Assembly: GCA_002009975.1 (NCBI GenBank)
Contig: MTLP01000012.1
Coordinates: 1 to 64,000 of the forward strand
Direction of reading: 5' to 3'
Length of the DNA: 64,000 nucleotides
From: Thermococcus sp. JdFR-02
GTDB taxonomy: Archaea > Methanobacteriota_B > Thermococci > Thermococcales > Thermococcaceae
The first letter of the stretch is position 1. Every line of letters begins with the position of its first letter. Both the position numbers and the translations under genes were made by a program. Below are positions 49,745 through 62,008 of the stretch, one piece after another. The notes beneath the pieces are model-generated. The model saw nothing but the letters and a program-made list of their open reading frames with translations, was not told where the DNA came from and made no database searches.

Positions 49745-52700
49745 ATGGAAGAATTTAGTGATGAAATGAAAGCTTACTTTGAAAGGCTTCAAAGGGAGAT
49801 TGATAAAGTTTATGAAATAGCTAAAAAAGCGAGAATTCAAGGGAAAGACCCTGTTAGGGATATTGAAGTTCCACAAGCAACTGATATGGCTGGTAGAGTT
49901 GAGAGCTTAGTTGGACCCAAGGGAGTTGCTCAAAGAATTAGAGAGTTAGCACAAGAGTATGGTAAAGAGTTAGCAGCACTAAAAGTTGTTGATGAAATAA
50001 TTGAAGGAAAGTTTGGCGAGATGAGCTTAGAAGAAAAAGCTGAACAAGCCGTGAGAACTGCTTTAGCTATTCTTACAGAAGGTATTGTTTCTGCCCCTAT
50101 TGAAGGTATCGCTTACGTTAAGATAAAACAAAATTCTGATGGGAGTAAATATCTAGCATTATACTATGCAGGCCCCATTAGGAGTAGCGGTGGAACTGCC
50201 CAAGCCTTGAGTGTTCTAGTTGGTGATTATGTTAGAAGAAAACTTGGATTGGATAGATATAAGCCAACAAATGATGAAATAGAGCGTTATGTTGAGGAAA
50301 TAGACCTTTATCACAGAGCAGTTACAAGATTGCAATATTATCCAAGTGCCGATGAGGTTAGATTAGCAATTCAAAACATCCCCGTTGAGATAACGGGAGA
50401 AGCTACAGATGATGTTGAGGTTAGTGGTTATAGGAATTTGCCAAGAGTCGAGACCAATCAGCTTAGAGGTGGTGCATTATTGGTCTTGGCAGAGGGTGTT
50501 CTTCAAAAGGCTAAAAAATTGGTCAAATACATAGACAAGATGGGAATTGATGGGTGGGAGTGGCTTAAGGAATTTGTAAAGAGTAAAGAAATGGGAAAGG
50601 GCGAGGAAAGCAAAAGCGAGGTTGCAAATGAGGAAACAACATCTCAACTAACAATCGAGGAAAGGAAAGGTTTCTATTATGAGCTTTATGAAAGACTTAA
50701 CAAAGAGATTGCTCCGAATAAAAAATACACAAAAGAGATCATAGGTGGCAGACCTCTATTTGCAGAACCCTCAGCAAATGGTGGATTTAGACTTAGGTAT
50801 GGTCGCTCAAGAACGAGTGGTTTTGCCACATGGGCTGTTAATCCAGCAACAATGATTTTAGTTGATGAGTTTTTAGCTGTAGGAACTCAAATGAAGACTG
50901 AAAGACCCGGAAAAGGTTGTATTGTAACACCAAACACAACTATCGAAGGACCAATAGTTAAGCTAAAAGATGGAAGCGTTGTTAGGGCTGATGATTATGA
51001 AATCGCTCTTAAAATAAGAAATGATGTTGTTGAAGTCCTTTATTTAGGAGATGCGTTAGTTAATTTTGGTGATTTTCTTGAAAACAATCAAACCCTTTTA
51101 CCAGCCAATTATGTTGAAGAATGGTGGATACAAGAGCTGATAAAAGCGGTAAATGACATTTACGAAGTTGAGCTTAAACCCTTTGAAGAAAATCCAAGAG
51201 AGAACGTTGAAGAAGCGGCAGATTATCTTGATTTGGATGTTGATTTTTTGGCTAAGCTTTTGTACGACCCCATTAGGGTTAAGCCAAAAGTTGAAGAAGC
51301 AATTCATCTTTCAAGAATCCTTGGAATTCCCCTACATCCTTATTACACACTCTTTTGGAATACATTGACTGTTGAAGAACTTATTCAACTTCAAAATGCC
51401 TTAATAAATGCCCAAATTGAATGGGGTAGCTATCTGGGTAATAAATATGCTAAGAAAATAATCCTTAGTTTGGAGAGTATAAAAAGAACGAAAGTTAAGA
51501 GAAGCTTAGAGCTTTTAGGTTTGCCCCATAAAGTTGAGGATGGCTTTGTGGTCATTGAATATCCATGGAGTGCCGCACTTTTAACTCCATTGGCTAATCT
51601 GGAGAAAAGAATTGAAGTTAAACAATTCTATACACCAATTGATTTAATCAATGAAATAAGCCCAATAAAGCTTAGGGATAAGGGAATCAGTTGGATTGGC
51701 GCAAGAATGGGCAGACCAGAAAAAGCTAAGGAAAGAAAAATGAAACCACCAGTTCATGTCCTTTTCCCAATAGGCTTAGCTGGGGGAAATTCGAGAGATA
51801 TTTACAAAGCGGCAGAAGAGGGAAAAGTGGCGGATGTGGAGATTGCTCAATTTAAGTGTACGAACTGTGGTCATGTGGACATTTTCCCAACCTGTCCCGA
51901 GTGTGGGGGAGAGACTAAAATACTCTTCACATGCCCAAGGTGTAAACATCAGTCAACAGAGGAGAAAGTTTGTCCAAGATGTAACGTTGAGATGAGAGCA
52001 TATGTGAGAAGGAAGATTAACCCAAGGGAACTTTTGAGTAAAGCCATGGAGAACGTTAGGATCAATACTTTGGATAAGCTAAAAGGCGTTATGGGTATGA
52101 CCTCTGCTTACAAAGTTCCAGAGCCCTTGGAAAAGGGTGTTTTAAGAGCTAAGAATGACGTTTACGTCTTTAAGGATGGTACTATTAGATTTGATGCAAC
52201 AGATGCCCCAATTACTCATTTTAGACCAAGAGAAATAGGTGTTTCAGTTGAAAGACTTAGGGAACTTGGCTATACCCATGATTTTGAAGGAAAGCCGTTG
52301 GTTAGTGATGATCAAATTTTGGAGCTTAAAGTTCAAGACGTTATTCTTTCAAAAGAAGCTGGTAAATACTTGGTTAGGGTTGCAAAGTTTATAGATGACT
52401 TGCTTGAGAGATTTTATGGATTGCCGAGGTTTTACAATGTAGAGAAGATGGAGGATTTAGTAGGACATTTAGTTATTGGCTTAGCACCACACACTTCAGC
52501 TGGTATAGTGGGGAGGATAATAGGCTTTGTTGATGCCTTGGTTGGTTATGCACATCCATATTATCATGCAGCGAAGAGGAGGAACTGTTTCCCCAGTAAT
52601 ACGGAAATTTTGGTGAACATTGAAGGAGAACCCAAGAGAGTTACTCTTGAAGAACTCTATGGGGATCTTTATGAAGATGAAACCTATGAAAACATGGTTT

Positions 52701-54973
52701 ATGTTAAGAGAAAGCCGAAGAAGGGGATTAAGGTTTACTCATTTGATACAAAGAGCGGAAAAGTTGTTTTAACGGAAATTGAAAATGTTATAAAAGCTCC
52801 AGCAACTGATCATTTAATTAAGATAGCCCTTGAAACTGGGAGAAGCTTTGAAACTACCGTTGATCATCCTGTTATAGTTTATGAAAATGGGGAATTCAAG
52901 GAGAAGAGAGCTTTTGAAGTTAAAGAAGGAGATTTAATTTTGCTGCCAAAGATTGAATTTGAAGTGGAAGACATTGAAGAGATTGATTTGCTCAAAGAAT
53001 TTGCTAAGGATGAATTTAAAGAACTGTGGAACGTTATTATGGTTCGTGGAATTGCTGAGTGGCTTAAGAAAGTTCTATCCTCTGCGGAAATTTCTGGATA
53101 TCATGAATATCTAAAAAGGAACTCTATTCCGCTTTCTGTTATTTTAAAACTACTGGAAGAGAAAGGTCTTACTTTAGATGACATTCCTAAGGAGTTATAT
53201 CTCGGAATTAAGCGGGATAAGGTTAAGATAAAACGCACTGTGAAGATTGAACCATTACTCAAGTTAATTGGCTACTATCTTGCTGAAGGTTATGCGAGGG
53301 AAAGCAACAGCGTTTATCAGATAAGCTTCTCAAATGGTGATAAAGAGATTAGAGAGGACATCAAACGTGCCCTTAGGGAAGCCTTTGGAGATGGCTTTGG
53401 AATGTACGAACGTGGAGAAAAAATAACTGTGGGCTCAAGGATCATTTACCTACTGTTCACTAAGGTTTTGAAAGCTGGAAGTGGAGCTAGAGATAAAAGA
53501 GTTCCATCCTTTGTCTTTAAACTCCCGAGAGAAAAGGTCAAGCACTTGCTTCAAGCCTATTTTGAAGGGGATGGAAGTGCCATAAAAACAGCTGCTCGTG
53601 TAGTTGTTTATAGTGTCAACAAACCTCTCCTTGAAGATATTGAGACACTACTCTTGTCCAAGTTTGGTATCAGGGGATATTACACCCTAGATAAGAATGC
53701 CAACAGAGGGAACGCCCGTGGAAGACTCTATCATATTGAGCGCGGAAACGAGCCGCCAATATCTAAAGTGTATGCTCTCAACATAGCTGGTGAATACTAT
53801 GACCAGTTCTTTGGGGAGATTGGCTTCACTAGTGAGCGTAAGAACTCTGTTTATGACTTACACAAGAACAGAAATCGCATTAGGGATAAGTACTTTACTG
53901 AAAATGGATGGCTCCTTAAGGTCAAGCGTGTTGAATACATTAAACCAGAAGAAGAATTTGTGTTCTCTTTAAATGCAAAGCAATATCATAATGTTATAAT
54001 TAATGAAAATATTGTAACACATCAATGTGATGGAGATGAGGATGCTGTTATGCTCCTTCTCGATGCTCTATTGAATTTCAGCAAATACTATCTCCCAGAA
54101 AAGCGTGGAGGAAAAATGGATGCACCTTTGGTTATTACTACAAGATTAGACCCAAAAGAGGTTGATAGCGAAGTTCATAACATGGATGTTGTCCGCTATT
54201 ACCCACTTGAATTTTACCAAGCAACCTATGAATTTAGATCTCCAAAGGAAATAAAGCTCATTGAGAGAGTTGAAGATCGTTTAGGAAAACCTGAGCAATA
54301 TGAAGGTTTAAAATTCACTCATGATACAGATGATATAGCTTTGGGTCCAAAGATGAGCAGATACAAGCTATTGGGTGATATGGAAGAAAAAGTTAAACAG
54401 CAGTTAGTGCTCGCTGAAAAAATTAGGGCTGTTAATGAGCATCATGTTGCTGAGACGATTATAAACTCTCATTTAATTCCAGATTTGAGGGGTAATTTGA
54501 GAAGCTTCACAAGACAGGAGTTTAGATGTGTTAAATGTAACACAAAATACAGGAGACCACCATTAAACGGAAAATGTCCAAAATGTGGTGGAAAAATCGT
54601 TTTGACAGTTTCAAAAGGTGCAATTGAAAAGTATTTGCCGGCAGCAAAAACTTTGGTCACTGAATATGATGTGCTTGATTATACAAGGCAGAGGATATGT
54701 TTAACTGAAAAAGACATAAAATCTCTATTTGCAACGGTTTTTCCAGAAACGCAGAAAATCTTAATGACATCTAAAACAATTGACATCTGTGAAAAAATGG
54801 TGATCGATAGATTCGGTGGAAGGAGAAAAAATGGATATCTGGAGGAGTTAAAAGCAAATGGCATGTTAAAGAAGAAGGAAAAACCGAAAGAAGAGAAAAA
54901 ACTTGAGTTTAAAAAGAAGCCTAAGAAGAAAAAGAAAGTTGTTAGTTTGGAAGAGTTCTTCAGTGGAAAATAG
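49745..54973 (+). CDS. polC: DNA polymerase D large subunit DP2, intein-containing precursor
   Basis: AGPIRSSGGT, GFRLRYGR, zinc fingers, HAAKRRN[intein]CDGDED, C-terminal PIP-like SLEEFF. Confidence 0.97.
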   Translation: MEEFSDEMKAYFERLQREIDKVYEIAKKARIQGKDPVRDIEVPQATDMAGRVESLVGPKGVAQRIRELAQEYGKELAALKVVDEIIEGKFGEMSLEEKAEQAVRTALAILTEGIVSAPIEGIAYVKIKQNSDGSKYLALYYAGPIRSSGGTAQALSVLVGDYVRRKLGLDRYKPTNDEIERYVEEIDLYHRAVTRLQYYPSADEVRLAIQNIPVEITGEATDDVEVSGYRNLPRVETNQLRGGALLVLAEGVLQKAKKLVKYIDKMGIDGWEWLKEFVKSKEMGKGEESKSEVANEETTSQLTIEERKGFYYELYERLNKEIAPNKKYTKEIIGGRPLFAEPSANGGFRLRYGRSRTSGFATWAVNPATMILVDEFLAVGTQMKTERPGKGCIVTPNTTIEGPIVKLKDGSVVRADDYEIALKIRNDVVEVLYLGDALVNFGDFLENNQTLLPANYVEEWWIQELIKAVNDIYEVELKPFEENPRENVEEAADYLDLDVDFLAKLLYDPIRVKPKVEEAIHLSRILGIPLHPYYTLFWNTLTVEELIQLQNALINAQIEWGSYLGNKYAKKIILSLESIKRTKVKRSLELLGLPHKVEDGFVVIEYPWSAALLTPLANLEKRIEVKQFYTPIDLINEISPIKLRDKGISWIGARMGRPEKAKERKMKPPVHVLFPIGLAGGNSRDIYKAAEEGKVADVEIAQFKCTNCGHVDIFPTCPECGGETKILFTCPRCKHQSTEEKVCPRCNVEMRAYVRRKINPRELLSKAMENVRINTLDKLKGVMGMTSAYKVPEPLEKGVLRAKNDVYVFKDGTIRFDATDAPITHFRPREIGVSVERLRELGYTHDFEGKPLVSDDQILELKVQDVILSKEAGKYLVRVAKFIDDLLERFYGLPRFYNVEKMEDLVGHLVIGLAPHTSAGIVGRIIGFVDALVGYAHPYYHAAKRRNCFPSNTEILVNIEGEPKRVTLEELYGDLYEDETYENMVYVKRKPKKGIKVYSFDTKSGKVVLTEIENVIKAPATDHLIKIALETGRSFETTVDHPVIVYENGEFKEKRAFEVKEGDLILLPKIEFEVEDIEEIDLLKEFAKDEFKELWNVIMVRGIAEWLKKVLSSAEISGYHEYLKRNSIPLSVILKLLEEKGLTLDDIPKELYLGIKRDKVKIKRTVKIEPLLKLIGYYLAEGYARESNSVYQISFSNGDKEIREDIKRALREAFGDGFGMYERGEKITVGSRIIYLLFTKVLKAGSGARDKRVPSFVFKLPREKVKHLLQAYFEGDGSAIKTAARVVVYSVNKPLLEDIETLLLSKFGIRGYYTLDKNANRGNARGRLYHIERGNEPPISKVYALNIAGEYYDQFFGEIGFTSERKNSVYDLHKNRNRIRDKYFTENGWLLKVKRVEYIKPEEEFVFSLNAKQYHNVIINENIVTHQCDGDEDAVMLLLDALLNFSKYYLPEKRGGKMDAPLVITTRLDPKEVDSEVHNMDVVRYYPLEFYQATYEFRSPKEIKLIERVEDRLGKPEQYEGLKFTHDTDDIALGPKMSRYKLLGDMEEKVKQQLVLAEKIRAVNEHHVAETIINSHLIPDLRGNLRSFTRQEFRCVKCNTKYRRPPLNGKCPKCGGKIVLTVSKGAIEKYLPAAKTLVTEYDVLDYTRQRICLTEKDIKSLFATVFPETQKILMTSKTIDICEKMVIDRFGGRRKNGYLEELKANGMLKKKEKPKEEKKLEFKKKPKKKKKVVSLEEFFSGK
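52586..54025 (+). mobile_element. DP2 (PolII) intein, 480 aa, Gln-terminal, with LAGLIDADG endonuclease
   Basis: Cys1 CFPSNT, block B TTVDHP, LIGYYLAEG and LQAYFEGDG, ends IVTHQ before Cys+1 of CDGDED. Confidence 0.94.
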
Positions 54974-55022
54974 TTGCGAAAATCGTATAAACCTTTAGTC
55001 ACTAATTTTATTTTTGAGAGCC

Positions 55023-55709
55023 ATGAAAATAGTGCCGAGTATAGCTTATCTACGCATTTACAAACAAGCCTTTGTTGGATATTCAATGGCATTAGCTGGA
55101 TGGATCGGAGAGCATCTGCTTAATGAAAATTCTCTTCCAAAGCCAATATTCTTTTTTAAAGCTCTCAGAAAGCTTAATTTTAAATTCATTGGTGAAGATA
55201 AGGAAGATGATAGCTTAACTCAGTTTTTCTCTGGAAAAAATGTTGGTGTAACTGTTTCATTTGAGCCCTTTAGTGATTCTCTTTTCTTACAAATCTATCC
55301 CCTGAAAAAGAGGATTAGTCCCTCAATGACAATTAGGGCACAGTATATAGAATTTTATGATCAGTTCGTAGTTTCTGTTGAACCAGCTCAAAGGTTGCCC
55401 CATGGGATTAAAAGCGTGGGGATAAATGCTTTAATTATTGAGGACAGTTATCCAATTTCCCTTCCTTACTGGGGAATGGTTCATGAGGATTGGGAAAATG
55501 ATCTCAAGCTTTTAGTCATGTTAAACAATATCTATGATGATTTGGAGGGAAGAGAATATAGATGTCCAATCTGCTTTTCTACATTAAGAAGAGAGGGAGA
55601 AGCATTAAAATGTGATAGCTGTGGCTTTGTATTCACAAGTGAAGAAAACTTCGACAAAGTGTTGTCAGAGTTCTCTTTAGAAGTAGGAGAAGAGATATTC
55701 AAGGTTTGA
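55023..55709 (+). CDS. conserved hypothetical protein with C-terminal zinc ribbon
   Basis: CPIC..CDSC; ATG 55023. Confidence 0.75.
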   Translation: MKIVPSIAYLRIYKQAFVGYSMALAGWIGEHLLNENSLPKPIFFFKALRKLNFKFIGEDKEDDSLTQFFSGKNVGVTVSFEPFSDSLFLQIYPLKKRISPSMTIRAQYIEFYDQFVVSVEPAQRLPHGIKSVGINALIIEDSYPISLPYWGMVHEDWENDLKLLVMLNNIYDDLEGREYRCPICFSTLRREGEALKCDSCGFVFTSEENFDKVLSEFSLEVGEEIFKV

Positions 55710-55764
55710 TTGCTTAGCGATGGTAAAATTTATAAAGCAATTCTAACACCTATGAAATGGGCAT

Positions 55765-55840
55765 AGCCCCGTGGTGTAGCGGCCAAGCATGCGGGACTTT
55801 GGATCCCGCGACCGGGGTTCGAATCCCCGCGGGGCTACCA
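55765..55840 (+). tRNA. tRNA-Gln (UUG)
   Basis: AGCCCCG/CGGGGCT acceptor stem, anticodon loop CT-TTG-GA, GTTCGAAT T-loop, encoded CCA; upstream TTTATAAA. Confidence 0.97.
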
Positions 55841-55914
55841 TCAAAGCGGGCTCCAGACCTTCGAACCCCCAAAAATTCTTCTAATTTTCTAAGAATTAAA
55901 ACAAAAAGAAGAGT

Positions 55915-58558
<2,644 letters not shown>

Positions 58559-58574
58559 CCTTCCACCCCCAGTA

Positions 58575-58591
58575 TATCACTCTTAGTGTTG
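58575..58591 (-). promoter_or_regulatory. Thermococcales glycolytic motif (TGM; Tgr/TrmBL1 site) downstream of gor TATA
   Basis: TATCAC-N5-GTGTTG versus consensus TATCAC-N5-GTGATA. Confidence 0.75.
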
Positions 58592-58682
58592 GATGAGTTA
58601 ATAAACATATTTAAAACTTATGTCTCGTATGCTCTAAATTAGAAAAGAAATTGTCAATTAGAAATAAAGAAAAGAGAAAACT

Positions 58683-59807
58683 TCAAATTTGTTCAAATCT
58701 GTCTTTAAGTTTATCCAATACATGGGGTAGGGTTGTGTATTCCATGTCTTCAAGTGGTAATCTATGTGGCTCAAATGGTCCATGCCTTCTCATGTAATCT
58801 GCGATCTCTAAAGCTTTTCTTCTTGCATCGTCAAAGGAAACATCATCAAATAAATCAACCGGACCTATTAACTTTCCATCTTTATTTATCTGCCATCCTA
58901 AAGCCATTACTCTTGGAGGTCCATCAAATCTTGCTGGAGTTGCGTATTTAAGTGGGACGGGCATTATTGGACCGTTGTGACTTCCACGCATCCAACCACT
59001 AACCAAATGTGGGAATGCAAATGGTTCTAAGACTTCTCCTAAAGCAGGCAATCCACTTTGAGCTCTCACAATAGCAACGGGATCATCTTTTCCTACATAT
59101 TCCCCAGCAATTTGATAAAGTTTCTCTGTGCTAATAACAGCAACTGGCTCGTCCTTTGGTAGTTTATGGCCCTCTTTTGGGAAAACCCTCTTAATAACAT
59201 ATCTTGATTTTGCCCCAATCAGGGCTAGAATATCATAAAGTTCCTCTGGGGATTTCATTATAACCCTTTTATGCTCCATAATATCCCAAATCTCGAATCT
59301 AAAGCCCATATGCATGTTTGGATCGATTACCAATCCTGCTGTATTGAAAGGATCAGCAAACATTCTAAAGATTGGCAAGTTAAATGCTCCTGGCTCTGTT
59401 TTGTCCATGTGGAAAGTTACTATCGGCTCGCTTTTTCTTAGTGTTATCTCCATCTCTGCTACTCCAGGTCCCATACCTTTAATGTTTCCGCTAAATGCGT
59501 CTTTTAATAAATCTTGACCAGCTCCATATAACCCAAGTTCTTTAGCAACTTCAGTTGCTTCTTTAAACACATTCCATGCCAGTCCATGGATTTCTTCACT
59601 ATCTACGCCTTTTTTATGTGTCATTATTAACTGTACATCGTCTCCACAGTAAGTTGCATGGTAGTCAATGATTGTACCTTCTTCTTTGGCTTTACTCAAC
59701 ATCTCATTTGCCTTCTCTATGAGAGCTGGGTGAACCTTGTGATGTCCTGGCCAGCCGCCTATGTCCGCTTTTATAACGCTAATTGTTATTTTTTCTCCTA
59801 CTGCCAT
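58683..59807 (-). CDS. fbp: bifunctional fructose-1,6-bisphosphate aldolase/phosphatase (class V)
   Basis: IKADIGG, GLYGAGQDLL, DKTEPGAFN, YVGKDDP, GWMRGSH. Confidence 0.97.
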   Translation of the reverse strand: MAVGEKITISVIKADIGGWPGHHKVHPALIEKANEMLSKAKEEGTIIDYHATYCGDDVQLIMTHKKGVDSEEIHGLAWNVFKEATEVAKELGLYGAGQDLLKDAFSGNIKGMGPGVAEMEITLRKSEPIVTFHMDKTEPGAFNLPIFRMFADPFNTAGLVIDPNMHMGFRFEIWDIMEHKRVIMKSPEELYDILALIGAKSRYVIKRVFPKEGHKLPKDEPVAVISTEKLYQIAGEYVGKDDPVAIVRAQSGLPALGEVLEPFAFPHLVSGWMRGSHNGPIMPVPLKYATPARFDGPPRVMALGWQINKDGKLIGPVDLFDDVSFDDARRKALEIADYMRRHGPFEPHRLPLEDMEYTTLPHVLDKLKDRFEQI

Positions 59808-59867
59808 TGATATCACCATTTAGAAAATTGTGACTCATCTCTTATAAGATTTTACTATTTTCAAATA

Positions 59868-59884
59868 TATCACCTGAGATGATA
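59868..59884 (-). promoter_or_regulatory. TGM (Tgr/TrmBL1 site) upstream of fbp BRE/TATA
   Basis: TATCAC-N5-ATGATA about 20 bp upstream of TATA CTTATAAG (59841-59848). Confidence 0.8.
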
Positions 59885-59930
59885 CATTAATAGAAAAGAT
59901 ATGGATGATATGACGTTGAAAATGTTAAAG

Positions 59931-60185
59931 TTAGGCTTGACAAATATCTTCCCAGCCGAACTCCTCCTTAACGATTCTAATTAATTCTTTGAGTTCTTCT
60001 TTTTTGATGTTAACACTGCTTGTAGCCCCAACCATTGCTATGATTCCATGGATTTCCTCCTGAAGCTGGATGACATCGTCATTGATCTTTGTTACTTTTA
60101 GCTCTCTTCGAGCTATTTCTTCTTCACTTATCCTGAATTTGTCTTCTCCAATCTTAACGTGCTTTATTTCCTTCATAGATGTCAC
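59931..60185 (-). CDS. conserved hypothetical protein
   Basis: 84-aa ORF with typical codon usage. Confidence 0.7.
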   Translation of the reverse strand: MTSMKEIKHVKIGEDKFRISEEEIARRELKVTKINDDVIQLQEEIHGIIAMVGATSSVNIKKEELKELIRIVKEEFGWEDICQA

Positions 60186-60262
60186 CGCAATATTTTTGTT
60201 AATTATTGTTAATAAAATTTTTCGATAAAATGATTAAATACTAAGAAGCGGAATTCTGTATC

Positions 60263-60760
60263 ATGGAATACGTTCACTTAATATATAGAAGGCTTCCAAA
60301 TAGGGTTCTTGAGAGATGGGATAAGTTGATTGATGATTTGGGGAATATTATAGTGGCAGAATCTGAATTTTATGGGATGCTAACTCCTCTATATGTTAAC
60401 GGAGTAAAAGTGATTGATAATGGATATAAGATGATTTATTTTGCATTTATTGGAGAAAATTATGACATTTTGAAGGTTTATGATGATAATGGAGATTTTA
60501 GGGGATTTTATGTTGATATTTTGGGTTATACCAAACGTCAAGGGAATATTGTAGAAATGCTAGATTTATTTTTAGATATCTTTATATTCCCAAATGGTGA
60601 TTTCTTTTTACTCGATGAAGATGAGCTTGAGATGGCTCTTAATTATGGAATAATAGATAAAGAAACATTTGATTTTGCCTTTAGTGTTGCTAACAACATT
60701 ATAAAACGCCTTTTGGAAGGCAAGTTTCCTCCAGAAGTTGTTCATAAATATGACATTTGA
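60263..60760 (+). CDS. DUF402 family protein
   Basis: GFYVDI, DLFLDI, LLDEDEL motifs. Confidence 0.88.
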   Translation: MEYVHLIYRRLPNRVLERWDKLIDDLGNIIVAESEFYGMLTPLYVNGVKVIDNGYKMIYFAFIGENYDILKVYDDNGDFRGFYVDILGYTKRQGNIVEMLDLFLDIFIFPNGDFFLLDEDELEMALNYGIIDKETFDFAFSVANNIIKRLLEGKFPPEVVHKYDI

Positions 60761-60848
60761 GTGTCATAATGACAGAAAACCCTTCAAAAATCTTAAATAT
60801 CCCTTGAAATTTCAGTGCAATACTAACTAATTCTTGGATGTGATAAGT

Positions 60849-61673
60849 ATGAAGAGAATTACGGTTGCAATCATTGGTGCTGGAACTATTGGGAGTGCTG
60901 TTGCAAAAGCTTTGATTAATCAGGATTTTATAAGACGAGTAATTGCAACAAGGAGAAGTTTAAGTAAGCTGGAGAGATTAAAAAACCACGGGATAGAGAT
61001 AACGTCAGATAATAAGAAAGCAGCTAAGGAGAGTGATGTGATAATTCTTTCCATCAAGCCAAAGGATGTCAAAGAGGTTCTTTTAGAGATTTGTCCAGAA
61101 ATAGAGAAGAAACTTGTTATATCATTAGCTGCAGCTCTTTCACTTGAGTTTCTTCAAGAAATATGTCCAAACGCTAAGTTCATAAGAGCAATGCCAAATG
61201 TAGCCCTTTTGGTTAGGGAATCATTTACTGCATATGCTGTTGGGAAAAATGTTAATGAGGAAGAATTAGAAATAGCTGAAAGGATTTTCAATGCTTTTGG
61301 GAAGTTTGTTAGGGTTGAGGAAAAGTATTTGGATGCGATAACTGGTTTAAGCGGTTCAGGACCAGCCTATGCTTCAATACTTCTTGAGGCTTTAATGTAT
61401 GGTGGTCTTTATGTTGGTCTTCCAAGAGATCTCTCTTTAATAGCTGCTGCTCAAACTATTTTGGGAACTGCAAGGTTAGTCATTGACCTTAACATGCATC
61501 CTGCTGAAATTAGGGATATGGTTATTACTCCTGGAGGGACTACAATAGAGGGAATCTATGAAATTGAGGATAGCAATATTAGGACTGCAATTATAAGGGC
61601 GGTGGATACTGCAACAAAAAAGTCCAAAATTCTTTCTTTTGAAATCCTCTCAAACCAAAAGAAAGAACTTTAG
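60849..61673 (+). CDS. proC: pyrroline-5-carboxylate reductase
   Basis: IIGAGTIG, SIKP, RAMPN, GLSGSGPAY, VITPGGTT. Confidence 0.95.
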   Translation: MKRITVAIIGAGTIGSAVAKALINQDFIRRVIATRRSLSKLERLKNHGIEITSDNKKAAKESDVIILSIKPKDVKEVLLEICPEIEKKLVISLAAALSLEFLQEICPNAKFIRAMPNVALLVRESFTAYAVGKNVNEEELEIAERIFNAFGKFVRVEEKYLDAITGLSGSGPAYASILLEALMYGGLYVGLPRDLSLIAAAQTILGTARLVIDLNMHPAEIRDMVITPGGTTIEGIYEIEDSNIRTAIIRAVDTATKKSKILSFEILSNQKKEL

Positions 61674-61726
61674 TTTTTACCTTCCGCAAAGCTTATAAAT
61701 TCTCGATAATTTAAAGGGTAGTGGAT

Positions 61727-61871
61727 GGGGGCGTGGTGTAGCCTGGTCTATCATCGCGGGCTCCAGAAGCTATGAGGAAAAGCGGGTTTGCTGACTCGGG
61801 GATGAACTTCTGGAGCCCCGAGCAGCTGGAGAAACCCGCGGACCGGGGTTCAAATCCCCGCGCCCCCACCA
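61727..61871 (+). tRNA. tRNA-Trp (CCA) with 67-nt intron at 37/38
   Basis: GGGGGCG/CGCCCCC stem, anticodon CCA 61763-61765, BHB motif (CTCC/GGAG helix with AGA and AAA bulges), intron 61767-61833, encoded CCA. Confidence 0.96.
61767..61833 (+). ncRNA. intron-encoded box C/D guide RNA of pre-tRNA-Trp
   Basis: C ATGAGGA, D' CTGA, C' GATGAA, D CCGA; guides GCGGGTTT and CTTCTGGAGCC are complementary to the tRNA's own positions around 39 and 34. Confidence 0.9.
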
Positions 61872-61944
61872 ATTACCGCTTCTAGAATTTTAAGAAATAA
61901 TTCAAAAATTTGACTTTTTATAAAGAAAATTTAAAAAGTTTGAA

Positions 61945-62000
61945 GGCTCATTTCGACTCTTCTTCATCACGTCTCAGGAAGGAGAACGCTAATCATCGCC
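61945..62000 (-). ncRNA. box C/D sRNA
   Basis: Minus strand ggcgATGATTAgcgttctccttcCTGAgacGTGATGAagaagagtcgaaATGAgcc: C, D', C', D boxes with 12-nt guides and GGC/GCC terminal stem. Confidence 0.8.
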
Positions 62001-62008
62001 TAATTAAA

